46,206 bases of DNA from an uncultured virus (IMG/VR IMGVR_UViG_3300048930_001385) (IMGVR_UViG_3300048930_001385); one strand, 5' to 3'. Positions 18,410 to 28,057 are shown, numbered from the stretch's first letter. Translations and numbers: made by a program. Notes: a model not told the origin generated them from the sequence alone.

Positions 18410-18980
18410 TTTGGTAGAGTTCGAGCGCAAGGTCTCGGGTCATACTTAATTTGTCTTCAAGAATATCATACTGAACCTGCTTGGCATTCTCCAGCTGTGC
18501 ATAGATAGCGCAGAGCACATCCCTAGCCTCTTGCTGCCACGGCCCCTCCAGCAGGCTTACATCAAGCATACCCTCGGTCGGATGCTTGACACAAAGCTTA
18601 AACTCAACTCCCTCATCCCAGATAGAGGGATAAACAGAAAGCACGATACGCCCACTCTGGAGATAATAACAAATTCCCTCAGCACTCCTGTGTGAGTTGC
18701 GCGGTGCAACACCCCACTTCCCGCCCCAAGTAGCAAGTGCTGTGCCGATCCGCACCCTCTCTTCTTGGCTGACAATCCCTAGGGCATACTCACTCAATAT
18801 GTCAATGAGATCTAGCGCGCTGGCATCACCCTGTGCAAATACATCGCAGTCATCGAGGAGGGGGTGTGGACCTTCTGTCGCGACAAGTGGGAGGTCAATC
18901 GTTGCAGGCGGAGTAACTGGCTCCACTGGCACTGCAGATGGCTCAGCTTGCGACTTTAGCTTCTTCTTATTGGGGTCCAC
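18396..18980 (-). CDS. hypothetical protein
   Basis: GTG start with AGAGG SD. Confidence 0.75.
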   Translation of the reverse strand: MDPNKKKLKSQAEPSAVPVEPVTPPATIDLPLVATEGPHPLLDDCDVFAQGDASALDLIDILSEYALGIVSQEERVRIGTALATWGGKWGVAPRNSHRSAEGICYYLQSGRIVLSVYPSIWDEGVEFKLCVKHPTEGMLDVSLLEGPWQQEARDVLCAIYAQLENAKQVQYDILEDKLSMTRDLALELYQRPCS

Positions 18981-19014
18981 ATAATTGCCTCTTTCTCTAC
19001 GGGTGACAATCTAT

Positions 19015-19058
19015 CTTTCGGCTAGGGTTGACCTAAACGAGAGGCCATTCTTCTGGCC
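19015..19058 (-). promoter_or_regulatory. repeated element (variant -10 GCCGAAAG)
   Basis: GGCCA-N6-TGGCC; upstream TAG shares the first G. Confidence 0.8.
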
Positions 19059-19423
19059 TAGCGTCTCTCGCGCAGCCCAGCACGCAGCCCCTGATTGCGG
19101 AGAGCCTTGATACGACGCATTTTCTTGGCAAGTCGCAGGAGGGTATCTGGATCGATAATGATCTTGCCCGACGAGTAGTCATCGTAGTACCCAAACTCGG
19201 GCTGTGTGCTCACGTGCAAGCCCCCGCCGTTGAGCGAGTAATCCCCGCCTCCATCATACGGATCACCGCCCGCAGCTGGTACATCACCGCTTTCGAAAAG
19301 AGCCTCTGCCTTAGCAGTTTGAGCCAACTCGTACAACTTCTCACAGGGCGCACATATACAACGTGGCTTGTGCCAGGCCATGTATTTTGGGTGATGGGGA
19401 CACTGGAGGTGGAGATAGCTCAT
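19058..19423 (-). CDS. hypothetical protein with N-terminal Cys/His motif
   Basis: CPHHPKY...CICAPC. Confidence 0.7.
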   Translation of the reverse strand: MSYLHLQCPHHPKYMAWHKPRCICAPCEKLYELAQTAKAEALFESGDVPAAGGDPYDGGGDYSLNGGGLHVSTQPEFGYYDDYSSGKIIIDPDTLLRLAKKMRRIKALRNQGLRAGLRERR

Positions 19424-19473
19424 GACTCTTTTCTTTTCTGTTGCGGGTTATCCTTATGGGATTATGCTGATAG

Positions 19474-19549
19474 TGAGTCCTGCAGGATTCGAACCCGCGA
19501 CGACACCAGTTTGAAGTGCTGGTCGCTCTAACCGCTGAGCTAAGGACCC
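19474..19549 (-). tRNA. atypical tRNA, 9-nt anticodon loop CACUUCAAA (UCA or UUC reading)
   Basis: GGGTCCT/AGGACTC acceptor, GCTC/GAGC D stem, ACCAG/CTGGT anticodon stem, GCGGG-TTCGAAT-CCTGC T arm; no encoded CCA. Confidence 0.85.
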
Positions 19550-19560
19550 GTATAGTAGTG

Positions 19561-19602
19561 TTATCGGACCGCTCGGGCGAACCTTAAGGCCAACGGGTGG
19601 CC
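19561..19602 (-). promoter_or_regulatory. repeated element upstream of the tRNA
   Basis: GGCCA-N5-TGGCC TTAA-N15-TCCGATAA. Confidence 0.85.
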
Positions 19603-19622
19603 CACCCGAGCGGTCCTTTGGC

Positions 19623-19973
19623 TTACTCCCTTGTGAACGCGTCGGTCAGCTCATCGAGTGCCGACTCAAGAGCTGCTGTATTAGCAAGGCCACATGCATT
19701 TACGATAATATGATCATCGACCTTCGTGTAGAAGGTCAACTCAACCGTGTCTGCCTCAGGAAACGCAGGCACCGCGTCATCATCATTAGCGAGCTTGACA
19801 GGGGCAAGAGAAGCCTCTACGAGTGTGTCGATAACTCGCTGCTCTCGCCCATCCTTTGTGACGTCAATGGCTGCTAGCAGAATACCATTGTCACCATCCT
19901 CCTCGGAAGCCATGCCGGCAATAACATTTCCGTTGCAATGCTGGGCGATAGTGAGGATACTCTCGATCTGCAT
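19623..19973 (-). CDS. hypothetical acidic protein
   Basis: MQIES start with AAGGAG SD. Confidence 0.75.
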   Translation of the reverse strand: MQIESILTIAQHCNGNVIAGMASEEDGDNGILLAAIDVTKDGREQRVIDTLVEASLAPVKLANDDDAVPAFPEADTVELTFYTKVDDHIIVNACGLANTAALESALDELTDAFTRE

Positions 19974-20013
19974 ACCGTGTCTCCTTGTTGAGGCCGAAGC
20001 CGGGTTAAGATGT

Positions 20014-20055
20014 GTATCGGTGTCCACTGATTTTGCTAGAGGCCAATTTCTGGCC
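20014..20055 (-). promoter_or_regulatory. repeated element
   Basis: GGCCA-N5-TGGCC...ACCGATAC. Confidence 0.85.
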
Positions 20056-20320
20056 TTCTCCGCTCGGCCTAAGTAACAGAAACTAAACTATTAGTCAAAC
20101 TATGTTCAAGACATGTTCCAAAGAGAATCGATGAGAACGCGTAGATTGATCCTGACAGTAGAATAAGAGGCGTAGACGACCTTGGCCTCGAATAACCATT
20201 AAAATCGCTGTATGGGCCCTCTGCGGGCACTCTAGAGAGGCGTTAGAGACTTTCCATACCTGATATCTGGCACCAGACTAATATCATCTGCAATTTTGTG
20301 GATAATGTACGGCCTTGAAA

Positions 20321-20872
20321 TTATATTTCCCAGTCGTAAGGAGGATCATGGACAGTCTTGTTAGGCCGGATCTTTGCGGGTATCCCAGTGGCCGTGTGGT
20401 TTGCAGGTACGTCTTTGGTAACGACTGCATTGGCCCCAACCCTTGCGTTGTCACCGATAACGATAGCCCCTAATAACTTTGCTCCAGTTCCAATAAGAAT
20501 ATGATTTCCGAGCTTCGGGTGTCGCCTGCCAGCGCGAAAGTCCACCCCTCCCAATGTCGCTCCATGATATAGCATACAATCATCTCCGACGATTGCCGTC
20601 TCACCGATAACACAGCCATGTCCGTGATCAATATAGAGCCTTCTTCCGATCACCGCCCCAGGGTGTATTTCAACGCCCGTAATCGCGCGAGTGATTGTGC
20701 CCAGGATGCGCGCAGGGGCCGGCAGCCTGTGTGTCCATAACCAGTGATTGAGTCTGTGCATCCATACGGCATGTAGGCCTGGGCAATTAAAGAGAGAGTC
20801 CCATACTGAGCGCAGTGCAGGATCGTGAGCACGAGCGTTAGCTATGTCTTCTCGGAAATTGAACAGCCCCAT
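20321..20872 (-). CDS. cysE: serine O-acetyltransferase
   Basis: DPA, PGLHA, TGVEIHPGAVIG, IDHG, RRHP hexapeptide repeats; C-terminal YDWEI ending in Ile. Confidence 0.95.
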   Translation of the reverse strand: MGLFNFREDIANARAHDPALRSVWDSLFNCPGLHAVWMHRLNHWLWTHRLPAPARILGTITRAITGVEIHPGAVIGRRLYIDHGHGCVIGETAIVGDDCMLYHGATLGGVDFRAGRRHPKLGNHILIGTGAKLLGAIVIGDNARVGANAVVTKDVPANHTATGIPAKIRPNKTVHDPPYDWEI

Positions 20873-20914
20873 GATGGTATAATTATATGCTCTGGCTGAG
20901 AGCGAGGGTCAGAA

Positions 20915-21832
20915 CTAGTCAAGTAGCCCTTCGTAAAGAATCGTAGAGAGATACCTCTCTCCGTAAGAGGGTATGATTACAACTATCTGTTTATCCCCGT
21001 TCTCTCTTGCAATCTGATCTGCAGCGGCTAGTGCAGCGCCTGATGATATGCCGACGAGCAAACCCTCCTCTTGAGCGGCTCTTCGTGCCCAGGCGACAGC
21101 TTCATCAGCACTAACATCAATCACTTGGTCAAGAAGATTTTGATCGAGTATCTCGGGGATGAAATTTGCACCTATCCCTTGTAGGGGGTGTGGGCCAGGC
21201 TGTCCACCGTTTAGTATCGGTGACGCAGCTGGCTCTACGCCAATTAACTGGATAGATGGATTCAACTCACGGAGCCTCTTGCCAGCACCCGTGATTGTTC
21301 CTCCGGTGCCGATGCCGGCGACGAGAATATCAACCCTGCCATCGGTATCACGCCATATCTCTTCGGCCGTGTGCTTGTAATGAATAGCGGGATTAGCTGG
21401 GTTAGCAAATTGCCTAGCCAAGATCGCCCCTCGTTCTTTCGCTACCCGTTCAGCTTCGGCCACCGCTCCCCGCATCCCAAATGCGGCTGGAGTAAGGATC
21501 AGCTCTGCGCCGTAAGCTCGCAATAGCGCACGCCGTTCACGCGACATCGACTCAGGCATACAGAGGATAACCTTATATCCAAGGGCGGCACCAACCATCG
21601 CCAGTCCGATCCCGGTATTACCAGATGTTCCCTCACAAATGCTCCCACCCGGCTTCAGTTCACCATTCTCTTCAGCAGCGCGAATAATTGATAACGCAAT
21701 TCGGTCTTTTACCGAACCACCAGGATTCTGATACTCTAGTTTGGCTACTACGTTGGTGTCTGGCGGCATAATTCTACTCAGCCTCACTAGAGGAGTATTG
21801 TGAATAATGTCGGTGATATTTTCATGGATCAT
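20915..21832 (-). CDS. cysK: cysteine synthase A
   Basis: [12 protein letters not shown] lysine, TSGNTG, GTGGT, QGIGA, GISSGA, GERYLS; start MIHEN with GGAG SD. Confidence 0.95.
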   Translation of the reverse strand: MIHENITDIIHNTPLVRLSRIMPPDTNVVAKLEYQNPGGSVKDRIALSIIRAAEENGELKPGGSICEGTSGNTGIGLAMVGAALGYKVILCMPESMSRERRALLRAYGAELILTPAAFGMRGAVAEAERVAKERGAILARQFANPANPAIHYKHTAEEIWRDTDGRVDILVAGIGTGGTITGAGKRLRELNPSIQLIGVEPAASPILNGGQPGPHPLQGIGANFIPEILDQNLLDQVIDVSADEAVAWARRAAQEEGLLVGISSGAALAAADQIARENGDKQIVVIIPSYGERYLSTILYEGLLD

Positions 21833-21939
21833 AGCTCCAGCGTACTCGCTTGCGAAGTCAAGGATGAAATCTGGGCGGAGAATGGAGCAGGTTTCTGGGT
21901 CTATGCAACCCAACCCTGTTTCCGCTACAATGAGGTAGA

Positions 21940-23031
21940 ATGCTTGAAGGCCTCGAACATGTCGACCAGCACGCGCTCTACCACAAGGAGGGTAGCGTTC
22001 TCAAGCATACCCTCATGGTCTATGAGGCTTTGAGCCAGGTTCCTCACGACTACAACCAGGACCTGCTCGGCTGGGCTGCGTTATGGCACGACCAGGGTAA
22101 GCGAACAACAAGTTCGGTAGGTGATGATGGCTACATCCATGCCCCTGGCCATGCAAGAGCAGGGGCCAAGATGGCGCGCGAATGGGCTTGGCGGCAGGGT
22201 CTACATCCAGACCTGCGCGAAGAGCTGGCAAGTTTGGTTAGGCTACACATGCGTCCTTATCACATCCAGCACGTTGATAGTGAATTAATCCTGTGGTCGC
22301 AATCAGTAAAGGTTCAGGATCTTTTGGCCCTTGCTTGGGCTGATTCGGTGGGCCGTGATCCTAGCAGAAGGATTGACCTTTACGATGAGATGGTGCAGAC
22401 AGCATCAGACTTAGGCGTTGTAGATGCTCCTTATCCTTACCAAAATGGAATGCACGCCCAGTGGCACGCTCAGGGACGTAGCCACTATCTTCATGTTCCT
22501 TATGAGGATTGGCGATGTCAGGTGACAATCATGCACGGCCTCCCGGGCAGTGGTAAAGACACTTGGATCCAGGCTAACCGAGATGAAGAGACCGTGATCT
22601 CGCTAGACGAGATTAGGAAAACTTATCCCGAGGGTGAAGTGGCACACCGAGCCAGGGCCCTACTCCGGCAGGCGCTCGGCCAGGGTGAGAATGTGATCTG
22701 GAACGCTACCACACTCACGCGCAGGCAAAGAGAGCCTGTGCTTGGCCTCGCTAGTGATTACAAGGCCAGGGTAAGAATTGTTGCCTGTGAGAGCGACCCG
22801 CAAGAACTGCAGAGGCGGAACGTGAAACGCAAGGATCATCGGATGCCAGAAGAGGTGATTGACAAGATGTTAACTCGTTGGGAATACCCGGAACCGGGTG
22901 AGTACTGCGAGCTTATCAAGAATCAGGAAACCACCGCATTTCAGAATGGTTTAAAGAGCTCAGAGAGCGAGTACACCCTGGGATTAAAAGCTTGCGAGAA
23001 GCTAATCCCTTATGATGCGCATCGGGCATAA
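21940..23031 (+). CDS. HD phosphohydrolase fused to P-loop (AAA_33) kinase, HD-Pnk-like
   Basis: [33 protein letters not shown]. Confidence 0.85.
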   Translation: MLEGLEHVDQHALYHKEGSVLKHTLMVYEALSQVPHDYNQDLLGWAALWHDQGKRTTSSVGDDGYIHAPGHARAGAKMAREWAWRQGLHPDLREELASLVRLHMRPYHIQHVDSELILWSQSVKVQDLLALAWADSVGRDPSRRIDLYDEMVQTASDLGVVDAPYPYQNGMHAQWHAQGRSHYLHVPYEDWRCQVTIMHGLPGSGKDTWIQANRDEETVISLDEIRKTYPEGEVAHRARALLRQALGQGENVIWNATTLTRRQREPVLGLASDYKARVRIVACESDPQELQRRNVKRKDHRMPEEVIDKMLTRWEYPEPGEYCELIKNQETTAFQNGLKSSESEYTLGLKACEKLIPYDAHRA

Positions 23032-24164
23032 GCGTGAACTGTTACAGTTGTGTTCGCTGTCAGGTTTTGCGTCAGGATCCCGCGCACTCTCCAAGTATCT
23101 CCGTCGAGAGGGTAGCTTTCTAACATGACTCCCTTAACATCCTGTGTGGTGCCGCCACTTGAGTCCACTCGGCCACCACCACCAGTCATCATAGTACCCA
23201 GCCCGCAGTCAACATCTACAACAAGCTCGGTGCCAGAACTAGCGTTAGAAGAACTCGTTGCGGAATTAGTGGCGGTTACAATTGATGATAGTCCAGGGCC
23301 GGCGGGTCCTTGAGGGCCGATTGGGCCGGGAATACCAGGTGGCCCCATTGGTCCGGTTAGCCCATCGTTTCCATCGGCTCCGGCCGGGCCCTGCTCACCT
23401 TGCTCGCCCTGCGGTCCCATTGGTCCGGTCAGTCCATCATTTCCATCAGCTCCAGCCGGGCCCTGCTCACCTTGCTCGCCCTGCGGTCCCATTGGTCCGG
23501 TCAGTCCATCATTTCCATCAGCTCCAGCAGGTCCTTGCTCACCCTGCTCACCCTGCAGTCCCATCGGACCCATCGGCCCCATTGGTCCCATCATTCCCAT
23601 AGGACCCATCGGCCCCATTGGTCCCATCATTCCCATCGGACCCATCGGTCCGGTCATTCCGACGGGGCCCTGTAATCCCATCAAACCTTGAGGTCCCATC
23701 AGTCCGGCATCACCTTTACTCACCATTAGCATCCATACAGCGGCATTGCTCCCGGGGGTTATCCCACTGTTCATTACCAGGGCTACATACCCAGATCCAT
23801 CATGCTCGACAACGTCATTCATCTGATACATCGTCATCATGTTCCAGCTCCCGCGACCCATTAGCGGCTTACCATCAACACCGGGTACTCCCATCGGACC
23901 CTGGCTGCCGGTGAAACCTCGGGGACCTTGTAATCCAGGCAACCCACGGTTTCCCTTGAGCGTGCGCTGCGCATTGCGACTAAGGTCTCGAACTTCAATA
24001 GAATGGTCCTTAATCTGTGCTCCTGTAATCTGAGATACAGCATAACCAGTGCCGGTCATCGCCCCGATTAAGATAATCGCAGTCAACGGTGTCAAATACT
24101 GTAAGCCCCTGCGCGCTGAGCGCGAGAAAAGCGGCTTTGTGATTGTCTTGCGGATATTTTTCAT
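23010..24164 (-). CDS. secreted collagen-like protein with small carbohydrate-binding-like module
   Basis: Signal/TM; long G-X-Y run with GPM repeats and three 24-aa units; W...Y..NDVV.HDGSGY...PG...W. Confidence 0.88.
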   Translation of the reverse strand: MKNIRKTITKPLFSRSARRGLQYLTPLTAIILIGAMTGTGYAVSQITGAQIKDHSIEVRDLSRNAQRTLKGNRGLPGLQGPRGFTGSQGPMGVPGVDGKPLMGRGSWNMMTMYQMNDVVEHDGSGYVALVMNSGITPGSNAAVWMLMVSKGDAGLMGPQGLMGLQGPVGMTGPMGPMGMMGPMGPMGPMGMMGPMGPMGPMGLQGEQGEQGPAGADGNDGLTGPMGPQGEQGEQGPAGADGNDGLTGPMGPQGEQGEQGPAGADGNDGLTGPMGPPGIPGPIGPQGPAGPGLSSIVTATNSATSSSNASSGTELVVDVDCGLGTMMTGGGGRVDSSGGTTQDVKGVMLESYPLDGDTWRVRGILTQNLTANTTVTVHAYARCAS

Positions 24165-24168
24165 ACGG

Positions 24169-24891
24169 TTAGGATACTCCTTCTTCTTGTAGCGTATGTG
24201 ATTTTGTGCCAATTTTATGAAGGATAGAGCCGGTGAGGATAAGCCAGAAGCCAATAACCGCTAGTAGGATGCTTTCTTCGGCTCCAGTGTGGGGCAACTC
24301 TCCTGACGGCTTGGGCAGGGACGCAGGAGCTGATTGGCCCTGAGCCTGTATTTCTGGCGCTGGCATCGGATCGTTAGTACCAAGCATTACACAAGATCCA
24401 TCAGCTAATTCCGTGTGATCGTCTGGGGCAGCGTCTTGGTCGCCGTCAATATTATTACACCGATCAATTGCGGGAGGATCTACACAATTCCCGTCTACAA
24501 CAAGCATATCTGCAGGTACGAATTCCTGTAGCCCTTCCAGATTGGGACACTGGTCTTCAATAGGTGAAATACATCCCCTCTCGCCGTCAATAACCATTCC
24601 ATCCGGAACAGTCTCTTGAATACCAGCGATATTAGAACAAACGTCAACAGGTTGCGCTTCTGGCGGGGTCACGCAGTTACCATTGCCATCAGATACCAAA
24701 CCATCGGGTATGGTCGCCTGAGTGCCACCAAGATTCTGGCAGAGATCCACCTCTGGCTCGGGTTCACATTCTACGGGCTGGATGCCCTCACCACCGTTAT
24801 AGCACGGGTTCTCTTCGGCACTAGCGGTAGAAAACTGGACGGACATAAAGAGGGATAAGACTAGAACAAGGACTGCAGTTATCGGACGCAT
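24169..24891 (-). CDS. LPXTG-anchored surface protein with Cys-pair repeats
   Basis: Signal peptide; DxCxN[LI]xGxQxx[VI]P x4; ELPHTG + TM + Lys tail. Confidence 0.85.
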   Translation of the reverse strand: MRPITAVLVLVLSLFMSVQFSTASAEENPCYNGGEGIQPVECEPEPEVDLCQNLGGTQATIPDGLVSDGNGNCVTPPEAQPVDVCSNIAGIQETVPDGMVIDGERGCISPIEDQCPNLEGLQEFVPADMLVVDGNCVDPPAIDRCNNIDGDQDAAPDDHTELADGSCVMLGTNDPMPAPEIQAQGQSAPASLPKPSGELPHTGAEESILLAVIGFWLILTGSILHKIGTKSHTLQEEGVS

Positions 24892-24941
24892 GTAGATAAG
24901 ATTACGCTCACCATGTCTGAGCACGCGGTTTTTATATTAAG

Positions 24942-25307
24942 TTAGCTAAGATACCGTTCCCAGATCCATGGGGCCAGTGCCAAGGTGCCTGCGGTCAGCT
25001 CAAAAGCTACTGACCCAATTGCTAATCCATCCCAACCGCCGTTCAAGAGTAAATAGCTCAGCCTAGTCAGTCCAATGCCAAGCCAGAAGCCTGCCATGGC
25101 CGCATAGCCGCTCGGAGTATTGACGAGCAGAGCCATTAAGCCGACGCCTCCGAAGGCTCCGACATAGACAGCATATCCTTCTCCGAGAGCGCGCTGTGTT
25201 TCAGATCCGAAGTTTAGGATCTCAAGAAAACGAGGGGTTTGGAAGAGCGCAATCACACCCCAGGCGAGGGCGGCGAGGGCACTAACGATACCAGCATAAA
25301 TAATCAT
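24942..25307 (-). CDS. small polytopic membrane protein (DUF4345-like)
   Basis: Four hydrophobic helices. Confidence 0.7.
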   Translation of the reverse strand: MIIYAGIVSALAALAWGVIALFQTPRFLEILNFGSETQRALGEGYAVYVGAFGGVGLMALLVNTPSGYAAMAGFWLGIGLTRLSYLLLNGGWDGLAIGSVAFELTAGTLALAPWIWERYLS

Positions 25308-25367
25308 ACTCTTATATTTTCAGAGTGCTATCCAAGGCACTGGACTCAACTGAGAGGTTTGAGTAGT

Positions 25368-25868
25368 TTATTTGACCATTGCAATAATTGTCTTGCCGGC
25401 AACTGATGTTGTGCCGTCTTGCGTCCCACCCGAGTCCTGCACCGCACGATTGATTAGGTCTATCCCAAGATCTCGGTGTGCATTCTCACGTCCCCGCAGC
25501 TGCACGCTCAGCTTGACCTTATGACCGCTAGCTAGGAATTTTTGTACATGCTTGATCTTGGTCTGATAATCGCTTTCTCCAATCCGAACGGAAAATTTGA
25601 CTTCCTTGGTCTCTTTCTTGTGACTCTTGCGACGACGTTCGCGTTCAGCCCGGCTCTGCTCGTACTTATACTTGCCATGATCCATAATTTTGCACACTGG
25701 AGGAGTTGCTTGCGGCGAGATCTCAACAAGGTCTAGGCCCGCTTCTCGTGCTAGAGTTAGGGCATCACGGATATGTTTTACTCCAAGGTTTTCGCCGTAT
25801 TGATCGACGAGTCTTACTCGGTTCGTGCGGATGGCTCCGTTCACTCGTGTTTTAGAGTTTTTACTCAC
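25368..25868 (-). CDS. infC: translation initiation factor IF-3
   Basis: RVN.AIR, LDLVEISP.ATPPVCKIMD.GKYKYE, KEVK, GHKVK, RGRE. Confidence 0.95.
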   Translation of the reverse strand: MSKNSKTRVNGAIRTNRVRLVDQYGENLGVKHIRDALTLAREAGLDLVEISPQATPPVCKIMDHGKYKYEQSRAERERRRKSHKKETKEVKFSVRIGESDYQTKIKHVQKFLASGHKVKLSVQLRGRENAHRDLGIDLINRAVQDSGGTQDGTTSVAGKTIIAMVK

Positions 25869-25875
25869 TACGCAT

Positions 25876-25884
25876 ATCCTAGCA
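25876..25884 (-). promoter_or_regulatory. extended -10 (SigA-like) for infC
   Basis: TGCTAGGAT 7 nt before the GTG start. Confidence 0.55.
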
Positions 25885-25925
25885 CGCGGCGTACGAGTGG
25901 TGAATGATTGCGCTAAGCTAAGACC

Positions 25926-26585
25926 ATGAGCGAAGCACTGGCCTTGAATATTCTTGCCGAGATTGACGCAATGGCCTACTCTCGTCTGGATTACTCACTG
26001 CCCCCAGGTGTTCGTGATATAGCTCGTGAACACCATACGGCCGTTCTAGGGCACATGCAGAGGGCGGTGAAGACTAGATCCTGGCGGATGGGGCACATGT
26101 TGCAAGGTTGGAATAGCTATGAAGCCAAAGATCCGTCAACATCTCCCTATAATCTGGCCCTGGCATGCCTTTATAGCTGTGAAAGGCAGGTGGGATTTGG
26201 CTGTCGGAAGAACTGTCAACAGTGCCAGCAGAATGCTGAGCTAGAGAGGGCCGGTCGTGAGATCAGGGTTAAGATGGGGAAGATAGTGGAGAAAGAAGTG
26301 CCGGGGTGTGGTGTTAGAACTGGGCTTTATTTTACTAATGCAGCTTCACTGTTGTCGCTATGGAACACGCGTTATCAATATGGCCCCAAACACTGGCAAG
26401 CGCTACTAGATGGGAAGGCGATGCCGTTAAAGAGATTACAGGCAATGCGTGACTGGACGCTGGAGTGGCAAGATCAGAGCCTACTCAGTGGTTTCATCCG
26501 CCCTGGCCGCGAAGGTGCTGAGTGGAAGTATAATAAAAATGCTCTTAATCAGAACGACCTACGAGCTATGGGTTGCCCGGTCTAG
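25926..26585 (+). CDS. hypothetical protein
   Basis: ORF divergent from infC; TAAGCT 6 nt before ATG; Cys cluster. Confidence 0.7.
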   Translation: MSEALALNILAEIDAMAYSRLDYSLPPGVRDIAREHHTAVLGHMQRAVKTRSWRMGHMLQGWNSYEAKDPSTSPYNLALACLYSCERQVGFGCRKNCQQCQQNAELERAGREIRVKMGKIVEKEVPGCGVRTGLYFTNAASLLSLWNTRYQYGPKHWQALLDGKAMPLKRLQAMRDWTLEWQDQSLLSGFIRPGREGAEWKYNKNALNQNDLRAMGCPV

Positions 26586-26827
26586 ATACGACCCTCGCGA
26601 ATCTCGTTGACAGTCGCTCGCTTCCATGCCTGGGCTTCAAGCCATCCGATCTTGGATGAGTTCATCATCTCCTCGTAAGCTTTGGCAAAACCCTTGTCGG
26701 CGATCTTTGCACGAATACGAAGATCATGACGCAGAGAAATACTGTCCTTGATCTTGTCTGCGCTAGAGACCTCGGCGTCAAGCTCACGCTCGTTTTCGGC
26801 AATAACCTTTGCAATACTATGTAGCAT
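26582..26827 (-). CDS. hypothetical protein
   Basis: MLHSI start with AAGGAG SD. Confidence 0.7.
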   Translation of the reverse strand: MLHSIAKVIAENERELDAEVSSADKIKDSISLRHDLRIRAKIADKGFAKAYEEMMNSSKIGWLEAQAWKRATVNEIREGRI

Positions 26828-26850
26828 ACGCTTCTCCTTTTCTATTCCTA

Positions 26851-26894
26851 GTATCGGCATACTGACACGACTTCAAGAGGCCAGTGTAATGGCC
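26851..26894 (-). promoter_or_regulatory. repeated element
   Basis: GGCCA-N6-TGGCC...GCCGATAC; upstream TAG shares the first G. Confidence 0.85.
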
Positions 26895-27400
26895 TAAGCG
26901 ATCACTGCGTTGAGCAGTTTCATCTTGTCCGCGTTGCGAGCCTGTTCGCGTCGCTGAACGCGCGGAGCGATCTGCTTGTGTGCAAGAACCCAGGCGTCAA
27001 TAATCAGCTCGCGCAAGAACGGCTCCCAGTCGCTGCCCTCCAGCTCCTCGTAAGTTAGGCTGCTGGCATGATCGCCAACACTTAGGTAGATACTATTACT
27101 ATAAGACAATGCCTTACAGGCGATATAGAGTTTAAAATTATCGCGCTGTTCGTCCCAGACCTGATACCTAAATCCATCGTTTTCATACTTGATCACACCG
27201 TCGCCGTATGCAATCTCTAACTCTTTTCGCTCCAGGCTGCCACTTTGTGGGAACGTGATGATATTGCGAAGCTCTGACAGTTCCACATCCATGAGGTCCT
27301 CTCTCATCAGTTCAGGACCCAAGAGCTTCCTCGTGGCTGGCGCGTCATCTACTCTAACTTGCTTGGGGAGACGAATCTTGACTGTTGTGTGATTTCGCAT
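26894..27400 (-). CDS. hypothetical protein
   Basis: GAGGA SD; ORF. Confidence 0.75.
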   Translation of the reverse strand: MRNHTTVKIRLPKQVRVDDAPATRKLLGPELMREDLMDVELSELRNIITFPQSGSLERKELEIAYGDGVIKYENDGFRYQVWDEQRDNFKLYIACKALSYSNSIYLSVGDHASSLTYEELEGSDWEPFLRELIIDAWVLAHKQIAPRVQRREQARNADKMKLLNAVIA

Positions 27401-27412
27401 TGTGTCCTCGTT

Positions 27413-27946
27413 TTAGGGGTTAGGGTTTTCTTTTTCAGGGTTTTGATATTTTTCCACCAAGGCCTGATAGCGTTCGCGTGCAGCAGCAAGGTTTTCGGCG
27501 TTCGGTTTTAAGAAAGGATGGTGTCCTTTCTCAAGCATAGAAACACTGAGGCTTGCGTTCATCAATTCCATATTCTGTCGCTGTCCCCTTGCTCGCTGAG
27601 ACACCCTCTCGCGCCACCGTCGTGTTTGTTCAGGGTCAGAAGAAGTATTATCAGGAAACAGAGAACCATTTGACACTGGCAAGAAGACAAGGTCAGGGTA
27701 AGTATTTGAGTAGACAGCTACAGCTTCATTGTAAGGCTGCGAGGGCTTATATGTTGCTCCCCAGAAGACCGTTGTCTGAGGATCGTGCTCGATCTTACTG
27801 CAAGCCTGACAAATGCGGTATTCATTGTTCGGCCCATTATGTTCGGGGATCCGATAATAGCCAATATCATCCCCCTTGCCACTTCGGCGCATATCAACCT
27901 TGTAGGCTACATACCGTTTCCATTGATGTTTAAATAAGCAAGTCAT
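27413..27946 (-). CDS. hypothetical protein with C-x3-H...CxxC motif
   Basis: Start moved to MTCLFKH because the longer ORF overlaps the tRNA. Confidence 0.7.
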   Translation of the reverse strand: MTCLFKHQWKRYVAYKVDMRRSGKGDDIGYYRIPEHNGPNNEYRICQACSKIEHDPQTTVFWGATYKPSQPYNEAVAVYSNTYPDLVFLPVSNGSLFPDNTSSDPEQTRRWRERVSQRARGQRQNMELMNASLSVSMLEKGHHPFLKPNAENLAAARERYQALVEKYQNPEKENPNP

Positions 27947-27983
27947 AGTATTTATCTTATAACGTGGATCGTTAGTGATATAG

Positions 27984-28057
27984 TGCCCCTGGTGGGAGTC
28001 GAACCCACAAACCCCGGATTTTAAGTCCAGTCCATATGCCAATTCTGGTACAGGGGC
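27984..28057 (-). tRNA. tRNA-Leu(UAA) with short variable loop
   Basis: GCCCCTG/CAGGGGC acceptor; CTGGA-CTTAAAA-TCCGG; GTGGG-TTCGACT-CCCAC; 74 nt; no CCA. Confidence 0.9.

Noticed and set aside
19474..19549. tRNA-Sec
   Set aside because: 7-bp acceptor stem, short variable loop and A discriminator; no sel genes visible
20060..20320. Origin or ncRNA in the 260-bp gap
   Set aside because: No iterons or convincing structure seen by eye
27947..28042. N-terminal extension of ORF 27413..28042
   Set aside because: It is a translation of the tRNA-Leu gene
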